DNA of 64,000 nucleotides from Mariniblastus sp. (GTDB taxonomy: Bacteria > Planctomycetota > Planctomycetia > Pirellulales > Pirellulaceae). The stretch lies in NCBI GenBank assembly GCA_028823415.1, contig JAPKBL010000016.1:2062-66061 (forward strand). The letters run 5' to 3'. The position numbers were made by a program, and so were the translations under genes. Shown piece by piece: positions 10,269 to 20,591 of this stretch; position 1 is the stretch's first letter, and each line of letters opens with the position of its first letter. The notes beneath the pieces were generated by a model. The model worked only from the letters and a program-made list of their open reading frames with translations. It had not been told where the DNA came from and searched no databases.

Positions 10269-13200
10269 ATGTCTGAAACTAATCAACCTGAAGATGTATT
10301 TGAAACCACCCAGGTGAGCCTACCTCCGCGTAAGCGGCGATGGAAATGGCTGCTCTTACTCTTAATAGCAGTTGTTTTGATCTTCCCGAATCTCCTCGGC
10401 TGGATTGGCTTGCAGCAAACAGCAATTGATTTTGTATTGAAGGATTTCAAAGGAAAAATATCGGTCGAACAGGCAGCATTCGGTTGGCTGCAGCCGATCG
10501 AACTCCATCAGGTGACTGCCATCGATGAAGAGGGGAATCCTCTTTTTGAAATGGCCGAAATCACCTCATCTAAACCACTTTACTCTTTCCTCTTTTCAGA
10601 TGACTTGGGAATGTTCGAGGTTCGTGAGCCTACGATCCATTTAAAACTACGACCGGACGGCAGCAATCTAGAAGACGCACTATCGCAATACCTCGCGATC
10701 TCGGGAAAAACGACGCCCCCACAACCAGGCGACCCGGCCAAGATTGCTAAAGCCTCGAGCACCTCCAAATTATTTCTCAATGTTATCGACGGGCAAGCGA
10801 TTATTTCAACGACCTATTCCGATGAGGCATGGCAGGTCGACGATTTAAACGCAATTGCCCAATTAAACTGCGACACCGCCCCTTTGGTTATCGATGCCCA
10901 GTGTCAGGTAACCCCCGTTAAATTGGACGCCCAGAGCAATCCCAAAATGCTCACTCCGGGAGCATTGGTTTTTAGCTCCCAAGTGGATGCCGGCCAGAAA
11001 GCCCTGACATTTGATTCGATCGATTTCATGCTCGAAACTCGCACGCTGCCGCTTTCGATTGTGAGCCCGGTTTTAGAACGAATATTCGGACCGACGGCGA
11101 CTGCTGGAACGCTCAGCGGAATTATCGAAGCGACCTACATCGCGACGCAACAGTCGTTGAATATTGCCGTTCAACAAATTGACGTTCGCGAGTTCGGCTT
11201 TGCATCACCGAATTTACTTGGGACCGACCAACTCTTTGCTAATAGCATTACGGCGCAAGGAGGGCTTCTACTCTCGCCTTCAACCGTGGCCGGCCAGCAA
11301 TTCAAAATTCAAAGTGATTTAGGCACGATTCGAGCCAATGGAACTCTATCGGTACAACAACTGAATCAACTCACTCAAACCGGCCACCTTCCTAGTGAGC
11401 CGTTTGAATTAGATGGAACAATCGATTTAGCAAAAACGATTCAAATGCTCCCCTCGACCCTCCAGCTCCACGACGATTTAGTCGTCAATTCTGGGAAGTT
11501 GACGTTTCAGGCAGGTAGCCGCTTCGAGAACGAAACCAAACGCATGGTCGTCAATATGGACGCCACTAATTTGAACGCGAGTCGAGGCACTCAGGCTTTT
11601 ACTTGGGCAAAACCGCTACGACTGGTAGGAACGATTGAGGAATCGAAAAATGGTTTGGCCATTAACAATATCCTTTGCACCACTGATTTTCTCACGATCC
11701 GGGGAAATGCCGATACGAAGTCTGGCGCTTTTACCGCCAGCGGCGATCTCAAAAATCTAACGCAACGATTGGAACAATTTATCGATCTGCAGGGGTGGAA
11801 ATTTGCAGGCTCCGTCGGCGGTAAATTTGGTTGGCAATTGGACGAGACACCAATTCAAACTGCCAATGATTCCAAGCCCAATTCAATTTTTGTTAACGGC
11901 GAATTCAACATTACACAGCCTTCGATCTCAGGGCCGGATGTACCCCCGTGGCAACAAGACACTCTAGACATTACCGCGTCAGCTGCACTGCATCCCCACT
12001 CCCGCACGGCAATCGGACTCGACCGCACCAACATTGAGCTGCGGTCTGGCAAAGAAAAGCTGATTATCGAATTGGCTGAACCCTCCAAAAACCTGTTCCT
12101 TCAGGAAGTCTGGAAAGCAAATTGTCAGATCACAGGCCCCGTTGCCAGCTGGCTTGCGGAACTCAACGCTGTTGTCGACCTACGCGACATTCAGGCCGCG
12201 GGCGAATTAGGAATGACCTGTAATGCGACCCTTGATAGTGAAGAAATTCAGCTCAATAATATCGACTATTACATTGACGATCTTTTCTTCGATGGCTTCG
12301 GATTGAAATTGAACGAGCCACGAACCGTTGGGAACGGGAGGTTGGCGTACCAAATTGCAACTGGAAATATTGCGATCGACACCGCAACCATTTCTAACAA
12401 TACCTTGGTCGCAGAGAGCAAAGATCTACGAATTTCATTCCCAGGCTATTTGCATATTGAGGGCAGCGTCGGCTTCCGAGGGGATTTGAATAGAATCTCG
12501 AATTGTCTCGAACTCTCACCGACAAACGATAGTATTTTCTGGTACGGAGGGCTCGAAGGAACCGCACAGCTTGGTTCTAACGAGAGCGGGATTGGTTGTC
12601 GAATCAATTCAACCATCAGCGACCTTTCTCTTCATCGCCAAGTAGAAGTCGCCATCAACCAAGCTCAAGCGCCGCTAAATGGGCAGGTCCTACAGGCAGG
12701 CCAAGTCCAGCTGAAATGGCAAGAGGTCTGGCGGGACTCGAAGCTTGACCTGTCGGGCGACGTTTCTCTTGCAGCAGATTTTGATGCATTGGGATTCCAA
12801 AATGTCAAACTTGAGTCCGCAAGTCTGTTTGCAACCTTAGATGGTTCGGTTCGCGACCTCGGAAACACGATGTTGACCGACTTGGCAGGCACTTGGAGAC
12901 CAGGTTGGGAAAAAATAAATCAAGTCCTTCAATCCAACTTCGGTGACCTGTTTGAATTGTCTGGAAATAATCTTGATCAGTATGTTGTTCAAGGCCCCAT
13001 TTTTGAAACGGCGAACACCACTCCGGGACAATCAAACCAATTATCCTCTGATCTTCAAGCAACAGCGAACCTCAATTGGGATGCCGGAAAACTGTTGGGG
13101 ATTCCGATCGGTGCCAGCAAGGTAAATTTCCTGCTTCAACAGAAAATTGCTGACCTGAGAACCGAGGGAATTCCATTCGCCAGTGGTTCCATTCAACTGA

Positions 13201-14042
13201 ATCCAAAAATTGACATGCGTGGCGCTGAACCGATTATTCGAATGAATACCACCCGCGTGATCGACAACGTTGCCCTTGACTCCGAAACGGCTCATCAATG
13301 GTTAAGCTATATCGCACCGATGATGGCCGACTCTACCTCAGCCGAAGGCAATTTCACCGTCGATATTGGCTCGGCGGCAATTCCTGCGTTTGCTCCATTA
13401 GACATGGAGCTTTCAGGAATCATTCATCTTACAGACTTGCAGGTTGGCGCAGGTCCTATGACACGGCAGCTTATCGGCACGATTAAACAACTGCGCAATT
13501 TAATGAAGCCAAGCTCAGCCAATGCGAGCGCAAACCAATGGATTCGGATGAGTCGTCAGTCGGTTCCGTTCGTCGTCAAAGACGAACGCATTTACCATGA
13601 AACGATGACCATCCAACACAAAGACCTCGTTTTTCAAACCAAGGGAAGTGTCGGATTTGATCAAACACTCGATATGATCGCCGAAATTCAAATTGCGGAC
13701 GATTGGATCGAGGGAAAACCACTTCTTGCCGGCCTCCGTGGGCGCTCCATTTCGATTCCGATCCGCGGAACCGTTACCAAGCCATTGTTAGATAAAAACA
13801 TCATCAAACGCTTCTCGCAAAACCTCGTCAACAAAGCGACCGGTGGATTACTGAATGAAACACTTCAGCGGGAACGCGACAAACTATTTGGAAAAATTGG
13901 AGAAGATTTGGGGATTCCGGCTAACAATCAGCCGGGAATCAACAATGGAGCAACTCCCGCTACCAATTTTGATCCCAATCAGCTGGAGGAGAAAATCCAG
14001 GGAGAGTTGATCAAGGGGATCGGAAATTTGTTTGGTAAGTGA
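10269..14042 (+). CDS. Very large membrane-anchored protein, AsmA/TamB-like (putative envelope-spanning protein)
   Basis: A single N-terminal TM helix (WKWLLLLLIAVVLIFPNLLGWIGL) is followed by about 1200 aa of beta-rich, Cys-poor sequence. The C-terminus (LVFQTKGSVGFDQTLDMIAEIQI...SISIPIRGTVTKPLLD) resembles the AsmA-like C-terminal region. The family assignment is by eye only. Confidence 0.55.
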   Translation: MSETNQPEDVFETTQVSLPPRKRRWKWLLLLLIAVVLIFPNLLGWIGLQQTAIDFVLKDFKGKISVEQAAFGWLQPIELHQVTAIDEEGNPLFEMAEITSSKPLYSFLFSDDLGMFEVREPTIHLKLRPDGSNLEDALSQYLAISGKTTPPQPGDPAKIAKASSTSKLFLNVIDGQAIISTTYSDEAWQVDDLNAIAQLNCDTAPLVIDAQCQVTPVKLDAQSNPKMLTPGALVFSSQVDAGQKALTFDSIDFMLETRTLPLSIVSPVLERIFGPTATAGTLSGIIEATYIATQQSLNIAVQQIDVREFGFASPNLLGTDQLFANSITAQGGLLLSPSTVAGQQFKIQSDLGTIRANGTLSVQQLNQLTQTGHLPSEPFELDGTIDLAKTIQMLPSTLQLHDDLVVNSGKLTFQAGSRFENETKRMVVNMDATNLNASRGTQAFTWAKPLRLVGTIEESKNGLAINNILCTTDFLTIRGNADTKSGAFTASGDLKNLTQRLEQFIDLQGWKFAGSVGGKFGWQLDETPIQTANDSKPNSIFVNGEFNITQPSISGPDVPPWQQDTLDITASAALHPHSRTAIGLDRTNIELRSGKEKLIIELAEPSKNLFLQEVWKANCQITGPVASWLAELNAVVDLRDIQAAGELGMTCNATLDSEEIQLNNIDYYIDDLFFDGFGLKLNEPRTVGNGRLAYQIATGNIAIDTATISNNTLVAESKDLRISFPGYLHIEGSVGFRGDLNRISNCLELSPTNDSIFWYGGLEGTAQLGSNESGIGCRINSTISDLSLHRQVEVAINQAQAPLNGQVLQAGQVQLKWQEVWRDSKLDLSGDVSLAADFDALGFQNVKLESASLFATLDGSVRDLGNTMLTDLAGTWRPGWEKINQVLQSNFGDLFELSGNNLDQYVVQGPIFETANTTPGQSNQLSSDLQATANLNWDAGKLLGIPIGASKVNFLLQQKIADLRTEGIPFASGSIQLNPKIDMRGAEPIIRMNTTRVIDNVALDSETAHQWLSYIAPMMADSTSAEGNFTVDIGSAAIPAFAPLDMELSGIIHLTDLQVGAGPMTRQLIGTIKQLRNLMKPSSANASANQWIRMSRQSVPFVVKDERIYHETMTIQHKDLVFQTKGSVGFDQTLDMIAEIQIADDWIEGKPLLAGLRGRSISIPIRGTVTKPLLDKNIIKRFSQNLVNKATGGLLNETLQRERDKLFGKIGEDLGIPANNQPGINNGATPATNFDPNQLEEKIQGELIKGIGNLFGK

Positions 14043-14201
14043 CGCCCCTCCGGCATGGCTTCCCAACCATCGACTTTTTCCTGCACTAGCTATAATTTGG
14101 CGTCTCAAACGACTCGCGACTTTTGATAATCGTCTAAACTAGAGGGGCGAGCAACCGCCGTCGGTGATCACTTGGTTCACTCTTTTCCTGGGTAGGCAAA
14201 C

Positions 14202-14945
14202 GTGAAATTACATTTCCTTGGCACGACGGGATACCACCCAAACAACCAACGGCAAACCGCCTGCCTAATGCTTCCTGAACTAGGGGTCATCTTCGATGCC
14301 GGCACTGGAATCTTCCGAGCACGCGACCTTATTCAAACCGATACGCTGGACATTTTCCTGACACATATCCACCTGGATCATTGCATCGGGCTTACTTTCC
14401 TCTACGACGTTCTTTACCAAAAAGAAATGCAACGAGTGACGGTGCATCTCGCCGAGGAAAAAATCGAAGCGATTGAAAAGCATCTCTTTAGCGAGTCGCT
14501 ATTTCCCGTCAAACCGAACTTTGATTTCCAACCACTTTCCGATCGCCCTGTGGCCCTTAATGATGGGTCTCAAATTCTCGCCATCCCACTGGATCACCCT
14601 GGCGGCGCACACGGTTTTCGCATCGACTGGCCAGACCGATCTTGCGCCTACATCACAGACACCACCGCATCTCCAGATGCAAACTATGTGGGCGCTGTGG
14701 CAAATGTAAATACACTGATTCACGAGTGTTATTTTCCCGACGGCTGGGAGTCCAAGGCAGAACTAACAGGACACAGTTGTCTCACTCCGGTCGCAAAAGT
14801 TGCCGCAACCGCCAACGTAGATCGACTTTTCCTCGTCCACGTCAACCCACTTGATGAATCTCCTCAGCCCCTCGATCTCGAATCTGTCAGCCAAATATTC
14901 ACACCGATCACCATTGCAGAAGATCATATGACAATTGAGGTTTAG
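14202..14945 (+). CDS. MBL-fold metallo-hydrolase (RNase Z/BN-like subgroup)
   Basis: MKLHFLGTTGYHPN is followed by the HxHxDH motif THIHLDHCIG and later H/D ligands (LDHPGGAHGF, HECYF, LVHVNP). The start codon is GTG. Confidence 0.8.
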   Translation: MKLHFLGTTGYHPNNQRQTACLMLPELGVIFDAGTGIFRARDLIQTDTLDIFLTHIHLDHCIGLTFLYDVLYQKEMQRVTVHLAEEKIEAIEKHLFSESLFPVKPNFDFQPLSDRPVALNDGSQILAIPLDHPGGAHGFRIDWPDRSCAYITDTTASPDANYVGAVANVNTLIHECYFPDGWESKAELTGHSCLTPVAKVAATANVDRLFLVHVNPLDESPQPLDLESVSQIFTPITIAEDHMTIEV

Positions 14946-15067
14946 TGACAGTGCTGATTTGGCAGTGTCGGCCTCCACGCTCAGGCCCGCAAATACGACG
15001 CGAGACAACAGAAGTTACAAGCTCACCGCCTTCGTCGAAGACCGCCCAGAATAACGCTGCCATAGGG

Positions 15068-16495
15068 CTAAACGTCCGCCAAGTCATTGACTAATCGTTC
15101 AACGGCAAGGGCTCCGCTTTCAATACACGCGGGAATGCCAACACCGCGATAGCTGTTTCCAGCCAATTCTAAACCTCGATGATTCGCAGCTAATTCTTCG
15201 ATCCCAGCCACTAATTCTCGATGCCCCAAATGATACTGCGGCATGCAATTTCGCCAACGGATAACGCGTGTTAAACCCGGCTCACCCTTGAACCCCACGG
15301 TCCGCTGCAATTCCAAAATCGCCATTTCGACCAATCGTTCGTCTTCCAGTTCAACCAGCTCTCGCCGCAGGGCACCGCCGATAAAACAACGAACCAAAAT
15401 TTTTCCATCGGGGGCTCGCCCTTCAAATTTATTGCTTCCAAAGCTCGTTGCGATTACATCACGATTGAGGATCGAGGGAACAATGATCCCGTATCCTGAA
15501 AAATCCCGATCCAGTTGTTGACGATCGATACCTAGAATGACGACCGCCGAACTAGCGGCCTCAATTTTATTTAGATCCTTCGCAAGCTCCGCATCGACCG
15601 CCTGGAGTAAACGCCCACTAACCCTCGCAGACGTGGCCAAAACCAGTCCATCAGCTTCTAATTCGCGAGGCGATTCGGAACCGGCGTCGCGCGTTGTGAT
15701 TTGCCAACCCGACTCGACTTTAGCAACCGACTTCACTATCGAGTCTGTCTTAAATTCCACCTTGGGCAGCGCCTCGATGATCCATCGAACCAATTCGCCG
15801 ATCCCTTTCTTCGGTGCGCGAAACATCCCATAACGAGCCCCGCTGGCCTCCCTTTGAATTGTTTTACCCTTCGCGACTCGGCCAGCCTGAATCAAACTGC
15901 CATGTTGTTTTTCCATCGCCACAAACCTTGCCATCGTCGCCTGCATGCTCAGTTTTTCGGGATCGGCAGTGTAGATCCCGCCCACGAGCGGTTGGATTAA
16001 CGTCTCGTAGATCTCTCGCCCAAACCGACGTGTTGCAAATGAAAGCAAGCTTTCATCCTGACTCCACTCGCTGGGAGGAATATGTTCTTCAGCTCGAAAT
16101 CGCTCTTTTGCTCCCGTCGTCAGCAAGGGGGAATCTAAGACTGAATCTAGATCGCTGGGCAACATCAAAGAAAGGCCACGGGGAACAGGATGGATCGCTT
16201 CATCGGTGGCTACATAAGCGCGGTCGTCGATCGGAATAGTCTGAAGCAATTCCTCAGATCGCCCCAAGCGATCGCAAATCCGAATTGCCGCCTCGGGGTC
16301 CGTCGTAAACATGTCCGCGCTGTGTTCGATTAAATAACCCTCCGCCGACTCCGTCTGCAGAACTCCGCCCCAGAATCCACTAGATTCGAGCACTGTAATT
16401 TGGGCGTCAGGCATTGACTGTTGCGCATAAAACGCGGCTGACAATCCCGTGATCCCTCCGCCCACGATCGTTAGTTTTTGTGATTTCATATTCAT
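15068..16495 (-). CDS. hemY: HemY-type protoporphyrinogen/coproporphyrinogen III oxidase (FAD)
   Basis: It aligns by eye along its whole length with B. subtilis HemY: IVGGGITGLSAAFY, GGVLQT, IQPLVGGIYTADPEKLSM, RWRNCMPQYHLGH and GVGIPACIESG. ATG 16495 overlaps the upstream stop (ATGA). A second ATG lies at 16489. Confidence 0.85.
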   Translation of the reverse strand: MNMKSQKLTIVGGGITGLSAAFYAQQSMPDAQITVLESSGFWGGVLQTESAEGYLIEHSADMFTTDPEAAIRICDRLGRSEELLQTIPIDDRAYVATDEAIHPVPRGLSLMLPSDLDSVLDSPLLTTGAKERFRAEEHIPPSEWSQDESLLSFATRRFGREIYETLIQPLVGGIYTADPEKLSMQATMARFVAMEKQHGSLIQAGRVAKGKTIQREASGARYGMFRAPKKGIGELVRWIIEALPKVEFKTDSIVKSVAKVESGWQITTRDAGSESPRELEADGLVLATSARVSGRLLQAVDAELAKDLNKIEAASSAVVILGIDRQQLDRDFSGYGIIVPSILNRDVIATSFGSNKFEGRAPDGKILVRCFIGGALRRELVELEDERLVEMAILELQRTVGFKGEPGLTRVIRWRNCMPQYHLGHRELVAGIEELAANHRGLELAGNSYRGVGIPACIESGALAVERLVNDLADV

Positions 16496-17751
16496 TGAAA
16501 ACGGGCAGCGGCAAAATGAACGGGAGAAATATGAGGGGTTTCGCCCAACATAAGTTCCTTCAGTAATTGGCCGGTTCCGGTCGCCATACTTAACCCCAAC
16601 ATATTATGACCGGCAGCGATCCAAACATTGTTCATCGCTGGACTGCGGTCAATAATCGGCTTGCCATCCCACGTCATTGGACGCCACCCAAACCACTCCT
16701 CTTCGATCGGATCACAAAGGGGATCGTGTAAATATTTTCTCGCTGCTGATTTCAAAAACTCAATCCGACGCGGGGGAATCGACGTATCATATCCTGTAAA
16801 TTCCATTGTCGATCCAATCCGATACTTCGACTGCATCGGGGTGATCGCGACGTGACTATCCTCAAAAATAATAGGTATTTTCGGCATCAATTTAGGTTTT
16901 GGCATCGTCAGCGAATACCCTTTGCCTGGCTCAATCGGTATCGACATTCCCAGATGTTGATTTAGAAACGGCGTCATCGCACCGGTGGCCACAACAAAAT
17001 GATCCGCCTCGAGTTCACGTCCGTTGGATAAAATTGCCTTCGCAGTTCCCTGTTCTATTTCGAATTGTTGAACCGGAAAATCTTCAAGAATTTCAACGCC
17101 CCGTTCCACCATTCTCTCGCGCATTTGAGCTAACAATTTATCCGGCCTTAAGTGGCAATCCCCTTCGTAATGCCAACCGCCTCCAAATCCTGGCTTAATA
17201 GCCGGTTCTAAATGGGTCAGCTGATGACCGTCATAAGGTGTCGCTGGAACCCCAAAATTCTGTCGTATCAGCCCGTCCATTATTCCGAATTCGCGAAACG
17301 ATTTCTCGTCATCAAAAACAAACAAAAGCCCTTTTTCCTGCCACTCACAATCAATGTTTTCATCCGCAATGAGTTGCTGATACAACCGCTTGGAGGATTG
17401 AAGAAGTTCGTGCCTTCCGCTGCCTGCGGCCATCATGTCCCGATGATTGCACCGCAATGAAAAATTCCAAAACCACTTAACAAAGTTCATCTCAAACCGC
17501 GGCTTCACCGCAAACGGAGAATTTGATTTAAACATCGCTTTGAGCGTTTTCAATATCGCTCCTGGTTGGCAAAGCGGGAGCACGTGACTCGGGGAAACGT
17601 ATCCGCAATTACCATGCGAGCAAGCGGCACCAAATTTATCCCGATCCACGATCGTAACTTGGCAACCCGCTTTCAATAAATTCCAAGCGCACATTGCGCC
17701 AATCACGCCGCCTCCAATGACGACAACACGATCTCCCTGACCAGCCTTCAT
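16492..17751 (-). CDS. FAD-dependent oxidoreductase of the DadA/DAO family, probably D-hydroxyproline dehydrogenase (HypO/LhpB-like)
   Basis: It has the Rossmann motif VVVIGGGVIGAMCAWNL and is a 419-aa DAO-family protein. Substrate is inferred from its position between the 4-Hyp epimerase gene and the other Hyp-pathway genes. Confidence 0.7.
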   Translation of the reverse strand: MKAGQGDRVVVIGGGVIGAMCAWNLLKAGCQVTIVDRDKFGAACSHGNCGYVSPSHVLPLCQPGAILKTLKAMFKSNSPFAVKPRFEMNFVKWFWNFSLRCNHRDMMAAGSGRHELLQSSKRLYQQLIADENIDCEWQEKGLLFVFDDEKSFREFGIMDGLIRQNFGVPATPYDGHQLTHLEPAIKPGFGGGWHYEGDCHLRPDKLLAQMRERMVERGVEILEDFPVQQFEIEQGTAKAILSNGRELEADHFVVATGAMTPFLNQHLGMSIPIEPGKGYSLTMPKPKLMPKIPIIFEDSHVAITPMQSKYRIGSTMEFTGYDTSIPPRRIEFLKSAARKYLHDPLCDPIEEEWFGWRPMTWDGKPIIDRSPAMNNVWIAAGHNMLGLSMATGTGQLLKELMLGETPHISPVHFAAARFQ

Positions 17752-18701
17752 GAGGTTATCCCCATCCTAAAAGGATCATCCGAGTCGAGAATTAAATCTG
17801 ACTCTCCGCAAATATACGCTTCCCCCTCAATCGTCGGAATAATACTCTCAGAGACTTCATCGTTTCTAAAGGAACCTGAAAATACCGTCCCGAGAATTCC
17901 TTCCTGCCGCCAAATCTCACCGGGAGCCAGCAACCCATCGGCAGCCAGACAAGCGAGTTTAGCGCTCGTGCCCGTGCCGCAGGGCGACCGGTCGTAGGCA
18001 CCGCCAGGGCAAAGAACAAAATTTCGACTTTGATTTACCGGATCCTGAGGTTTGGTGAAGAGCTCGATATGGTCGATCGGCCCGTCGGCTCCCCCGATCC
18101 CTTTGCTTTCAAGCGTTTCCTTGATTCGTTTCGTCACCTCCGTTAAGTGCCCAGCGTTGGAGACGCATAATTTTTCCTGTGAATTCTTTACTAGAAAAAA
18201 CCAATTTCCACCCCACGCAATATCACCAATCACTTGGCCATACTCTGGAACATCAAACGTCACGTCCTGACGAAGGCGGTAACTCGGGACGTTCTCGACT
18301 GCGACTCGACGCTCGCCTGTAAAACTAGCCGTCACCACACCCACCGGCGTTCCAATTCGATGCACGCCTTGCTCGACGATCCCAAGATGCTTGAGGGTCG
18401 CCATCAGACCTATGGTGCCATGACCACACATTCCCAAATAACCGGTGTTGTTAAAGAAAATAATATCCGCGGTGCACTCCGGATCCTGTGCCTGAATCAG
18501 CAGACCGCCCACCCATACTTCCGAGCCCCGTGGTTCATTGACGACCGCACTGCGAATCCCATCGAATCGATCCCGAAAGACGGCAACCTGTTCCGCCAGC
18601 GTTCCACTGCCGAGATCAGGCCCGCCTGAGACGATAATCCGCGTCGGTTCACCACCGGTATGCGAGTCGATAACTTTAATTCGTTGAATCATGGGAACCA
18701 A
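17748..18701 (-). CDS. Proline racemase family protein, probably 4-hydroxyproline 2-epimerase
   Basis: It has VIDSHTGGEPTRII and retains both catalytic cysteines (GMCGHGTIG and DRSPCGTGTSA). A Cys/Cys pair indicates a racemase or epimerase rather than a 3-Hyp dehydratase. The probable start is MIQRIKV at 18692. The stop overlaps the downstream start (ATGA). Confidence 0.8.
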   Translation of the reverse strand: MVPMIQRIKVIDSHTGGEPTRIIVSGGPDLGSGTLAEQVAVFRDRFDGIRSAVVNEPRGSEVWVGGLLIQAQDPECTADIIFFNNTGYLGMCGHGTIGLMATLKHLGIVEQGVHRIGTPVGVVTASFTGERRVAVENVPSYRLRQDVTFDVPEYGQVIGDIAWGGNWFFLVKNSQEKLCVSNAGHLTEVTKRIKETLESKGIGGADGPIDHIELFTKPQDPVNQSRNFVLCPGGAYDRSPCGTGTSAKLACLAADGLLAPGEIWRQEGILGTVFSGSFRNDEVSESIIPTIEGEAYICGESDLILDSDDPFRMGITS

Positions 18702-18911
18702 CAGATTCTTGGGTTTGCATCGGCCGTGACGGTTTCAGTAGCCGACTGAGAATGTTAGTTTATTCTATTCGTGAACACCTGCTGCGGGGAGATGCTCATT
18801 GGTTGGATTCCCAATTACTTGAGAAGTGACTTTTTAAGTCAATGGCCTCAGTCTCGCAGTCATCGTTTCCTTCAAAACGTTCAATCATTTTTTATCAACT
18901 TGAGATATACC

Positions 18912-20501
18912 ATGGCGACACACCAAGTTTTAATTGCCGGAGAATGGCGAGATTCCGATGCCACACAGACTTTTCAGGCAAGCGACCCTCGCGCCGCAAC
19001 GGTAATTCCGGAAGACTATCCTGTCAGCAGTTGGGCCGAATGCGAAGCCGCACTTGACGCCGCTGGTGTTGCCTATGCTCAACTTCGAGAAATGCCTGAT
19101 GAGGCAATCGCAGCCTTCCTCGAGACTTACGCCGCTCGAATCGATGCGCGATCCGAGGAAATCCGAACCCTGGCAGCCCGCGAGACGGCACTGCCTGCCG
19201 ATACACGGCTGGTCGGAGAACTTGCCCGAACGACCGGTCAGCTTCGCGCCGCTGCCTCGGCAACCCGCTCGGCAGCGTGGCAGATGCCGATCATTGATTC
19301 GGCGAACGATATCCGATCCTGCTTCGCATCGCTCGGCCCCGTTGCCGTCTTCGGCCCCAATAATTTTCCACTCGCCTTTGGCAGTATTTCCGGCGGAGAT
19401 TTTGCCGCAGCAATCGCCGCAGGCAACCCGGTAATCGCAAAAGCCAATTCAATGCATCCAGGCACGACGCGTCTGCTCGCAGAAGAAGCACAACTGGCCG
19501 CCAAAGAAACGGGAATGCCCGCCGGCACAGTCCAATTGATCTACCGCATCTCCCACGCGGACGGTGAGAAACTAGCACAGGATCCGCGGCTTGCCGCCAT
19601 TGGTTACACCGGTAGCCGAAATGCCGGACTGGTATTGAAGCAAGCCGCCGATTCGGTCGGTAAACCCATCTATCTTGAGCTATCGTCGGTCAATCCTATC
19701 GTCGTTTTGCCCGGTGCTCTGAAGGAACGTGGAGATGAAATCGCGAGTGAATTAACGGGAAGCTGCTTGATGGGATCCGGACAATTCTGCACCAACCCCG
19801 GTCTCATTGTTGTTCAAAATGACGCCGATGGAAAACAGTTCATCGAGTCGGTTGCCAGTAAATTCAGCGAGCAACCGGTAGGCACACTGTTTTCCCTTTC
19901 AGGGCAACACGGACTTCATTCCGCCATCGAAACCCTGACGTCCGCAGGTGCAACCTTGGTTTGCGGGGGAACCACGGGGGGCGGTCAAGGGTACTCTTTC
20001 AGCAATACCGTTCTGCGAGTCGATGGCCAGCAATTCCTCTCCCACGCGGAAAAACTCCAGACCGAAGCTTTCGGTGGATCCACGCTCATTGTCGTGAGTG
20101 ATTCAATTGAACAGACCAAAAAGATTATTGAAGCACTTGAAGGGAATCTGACTGGGTGCATCTACTCTGCCAGCGACTCCACCGACGACGGACATTACGA
20201 CCAAATCGCACCGGAACTTCGCCAGCGAGTCGGACGACTCTTAAACGACCAGATGCCTACAGGGGTCGCGGTGTCGGCGGCAATGAATCACGGCGGCCCT
20301 TTTCCAGCGACCGGTCACCCGGGATTCACCGCCGTTGGAATGCCTGGGTCAATCACGCGATTTGCAATGTTGCAGTGCTTTGATCATGTCCGGCCTCACC
20401 GTCTTCCCGCCATCCTTCAGGATTCCAATCCTAACCAAGCCTGGCGGTTAATTGACGGCCAATGGTCCCAGGGCGATGTCGCGGCTCCCTCGGCAGACTA
20501 A
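18912..20501 (+). CDS. NAD(P)+ aldehyde dehydrogenase, alpha-ketoglutaric semialdehyde dehydrogenase-like
   Basis: It has the ALDH catalytic Cys (GSGQFCTNPG) and Glu region (YLELSSVNP). At about 529 aa, starting MATHQVLIAGEWRD, it resembles the long KGSADH subgroup. The ORF track's upstream extension from 18771 has no family-like sequence. Confidence 0.75.
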   Translation: MATHQVLIAGEWRDSDATQTFQASDPRAATVIPEDYPVSSWAECEAALDAAGVAYAQLREMPDEAIAAFLETYAARIDARSEEIRTLAARETALPADTRLVGELARTTGQLRAAASATRSAAWQMPIIDSANDIRSCFASLGPVAVFGPNNFPLAFGSISGGDFAAAIAAGNPVIAKANSMHPGTTRLLAEEAQLAAKETGMPAGTVQLIYRISHADGEKLAQDPRLAAIGYTGSRNAGLVLKQAADSVGKPIYLELSSVNPIVVLPGALKERGDEIASELTGSCLMGSGQFCTNPGLIVVQNDADGKQFIESVASKFSEQPVGTLFSLSGQHGLHSAIETLTSAGATLVCGGTTGGGQGYSFSNTVLRVDGQQFLSHAEKLQTEAFGGSTLIVVSDSIEQTKKIIEALEGNLTGCIYSASDSTDDGHYDQIAPELRQRVGRLLNDQMPTGVAVSAAMNHGGPFPATGHPGFTAVGMPGSITRFAMLQCFDHVRPHRLPAILQDSNPNQAWRLIDGQWSQGDVAAPSAD

Positions 20502-20591
20502 TCCCAGCAACATCGATTCGACACTGAATTGGGGTCGAACCGAATCGCGCGGGCGGACTGACAGGTAAAACAGACAATCTTTGTTCTGAAT

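Noticed and set aside
18771-18911. N-terminal extensions in the ORF track (18771-18911 shown here; also 21540-21701, 28004-28222, 30704-30820, 1333-1449, 53702-53779 and 42118-42171)
   Set aside because: In each case the family-typical N-terminus or a signal peptide begins at an internal Met. The upstream extension has no family-like sequence and usually overlaps promoter or intergenic space.
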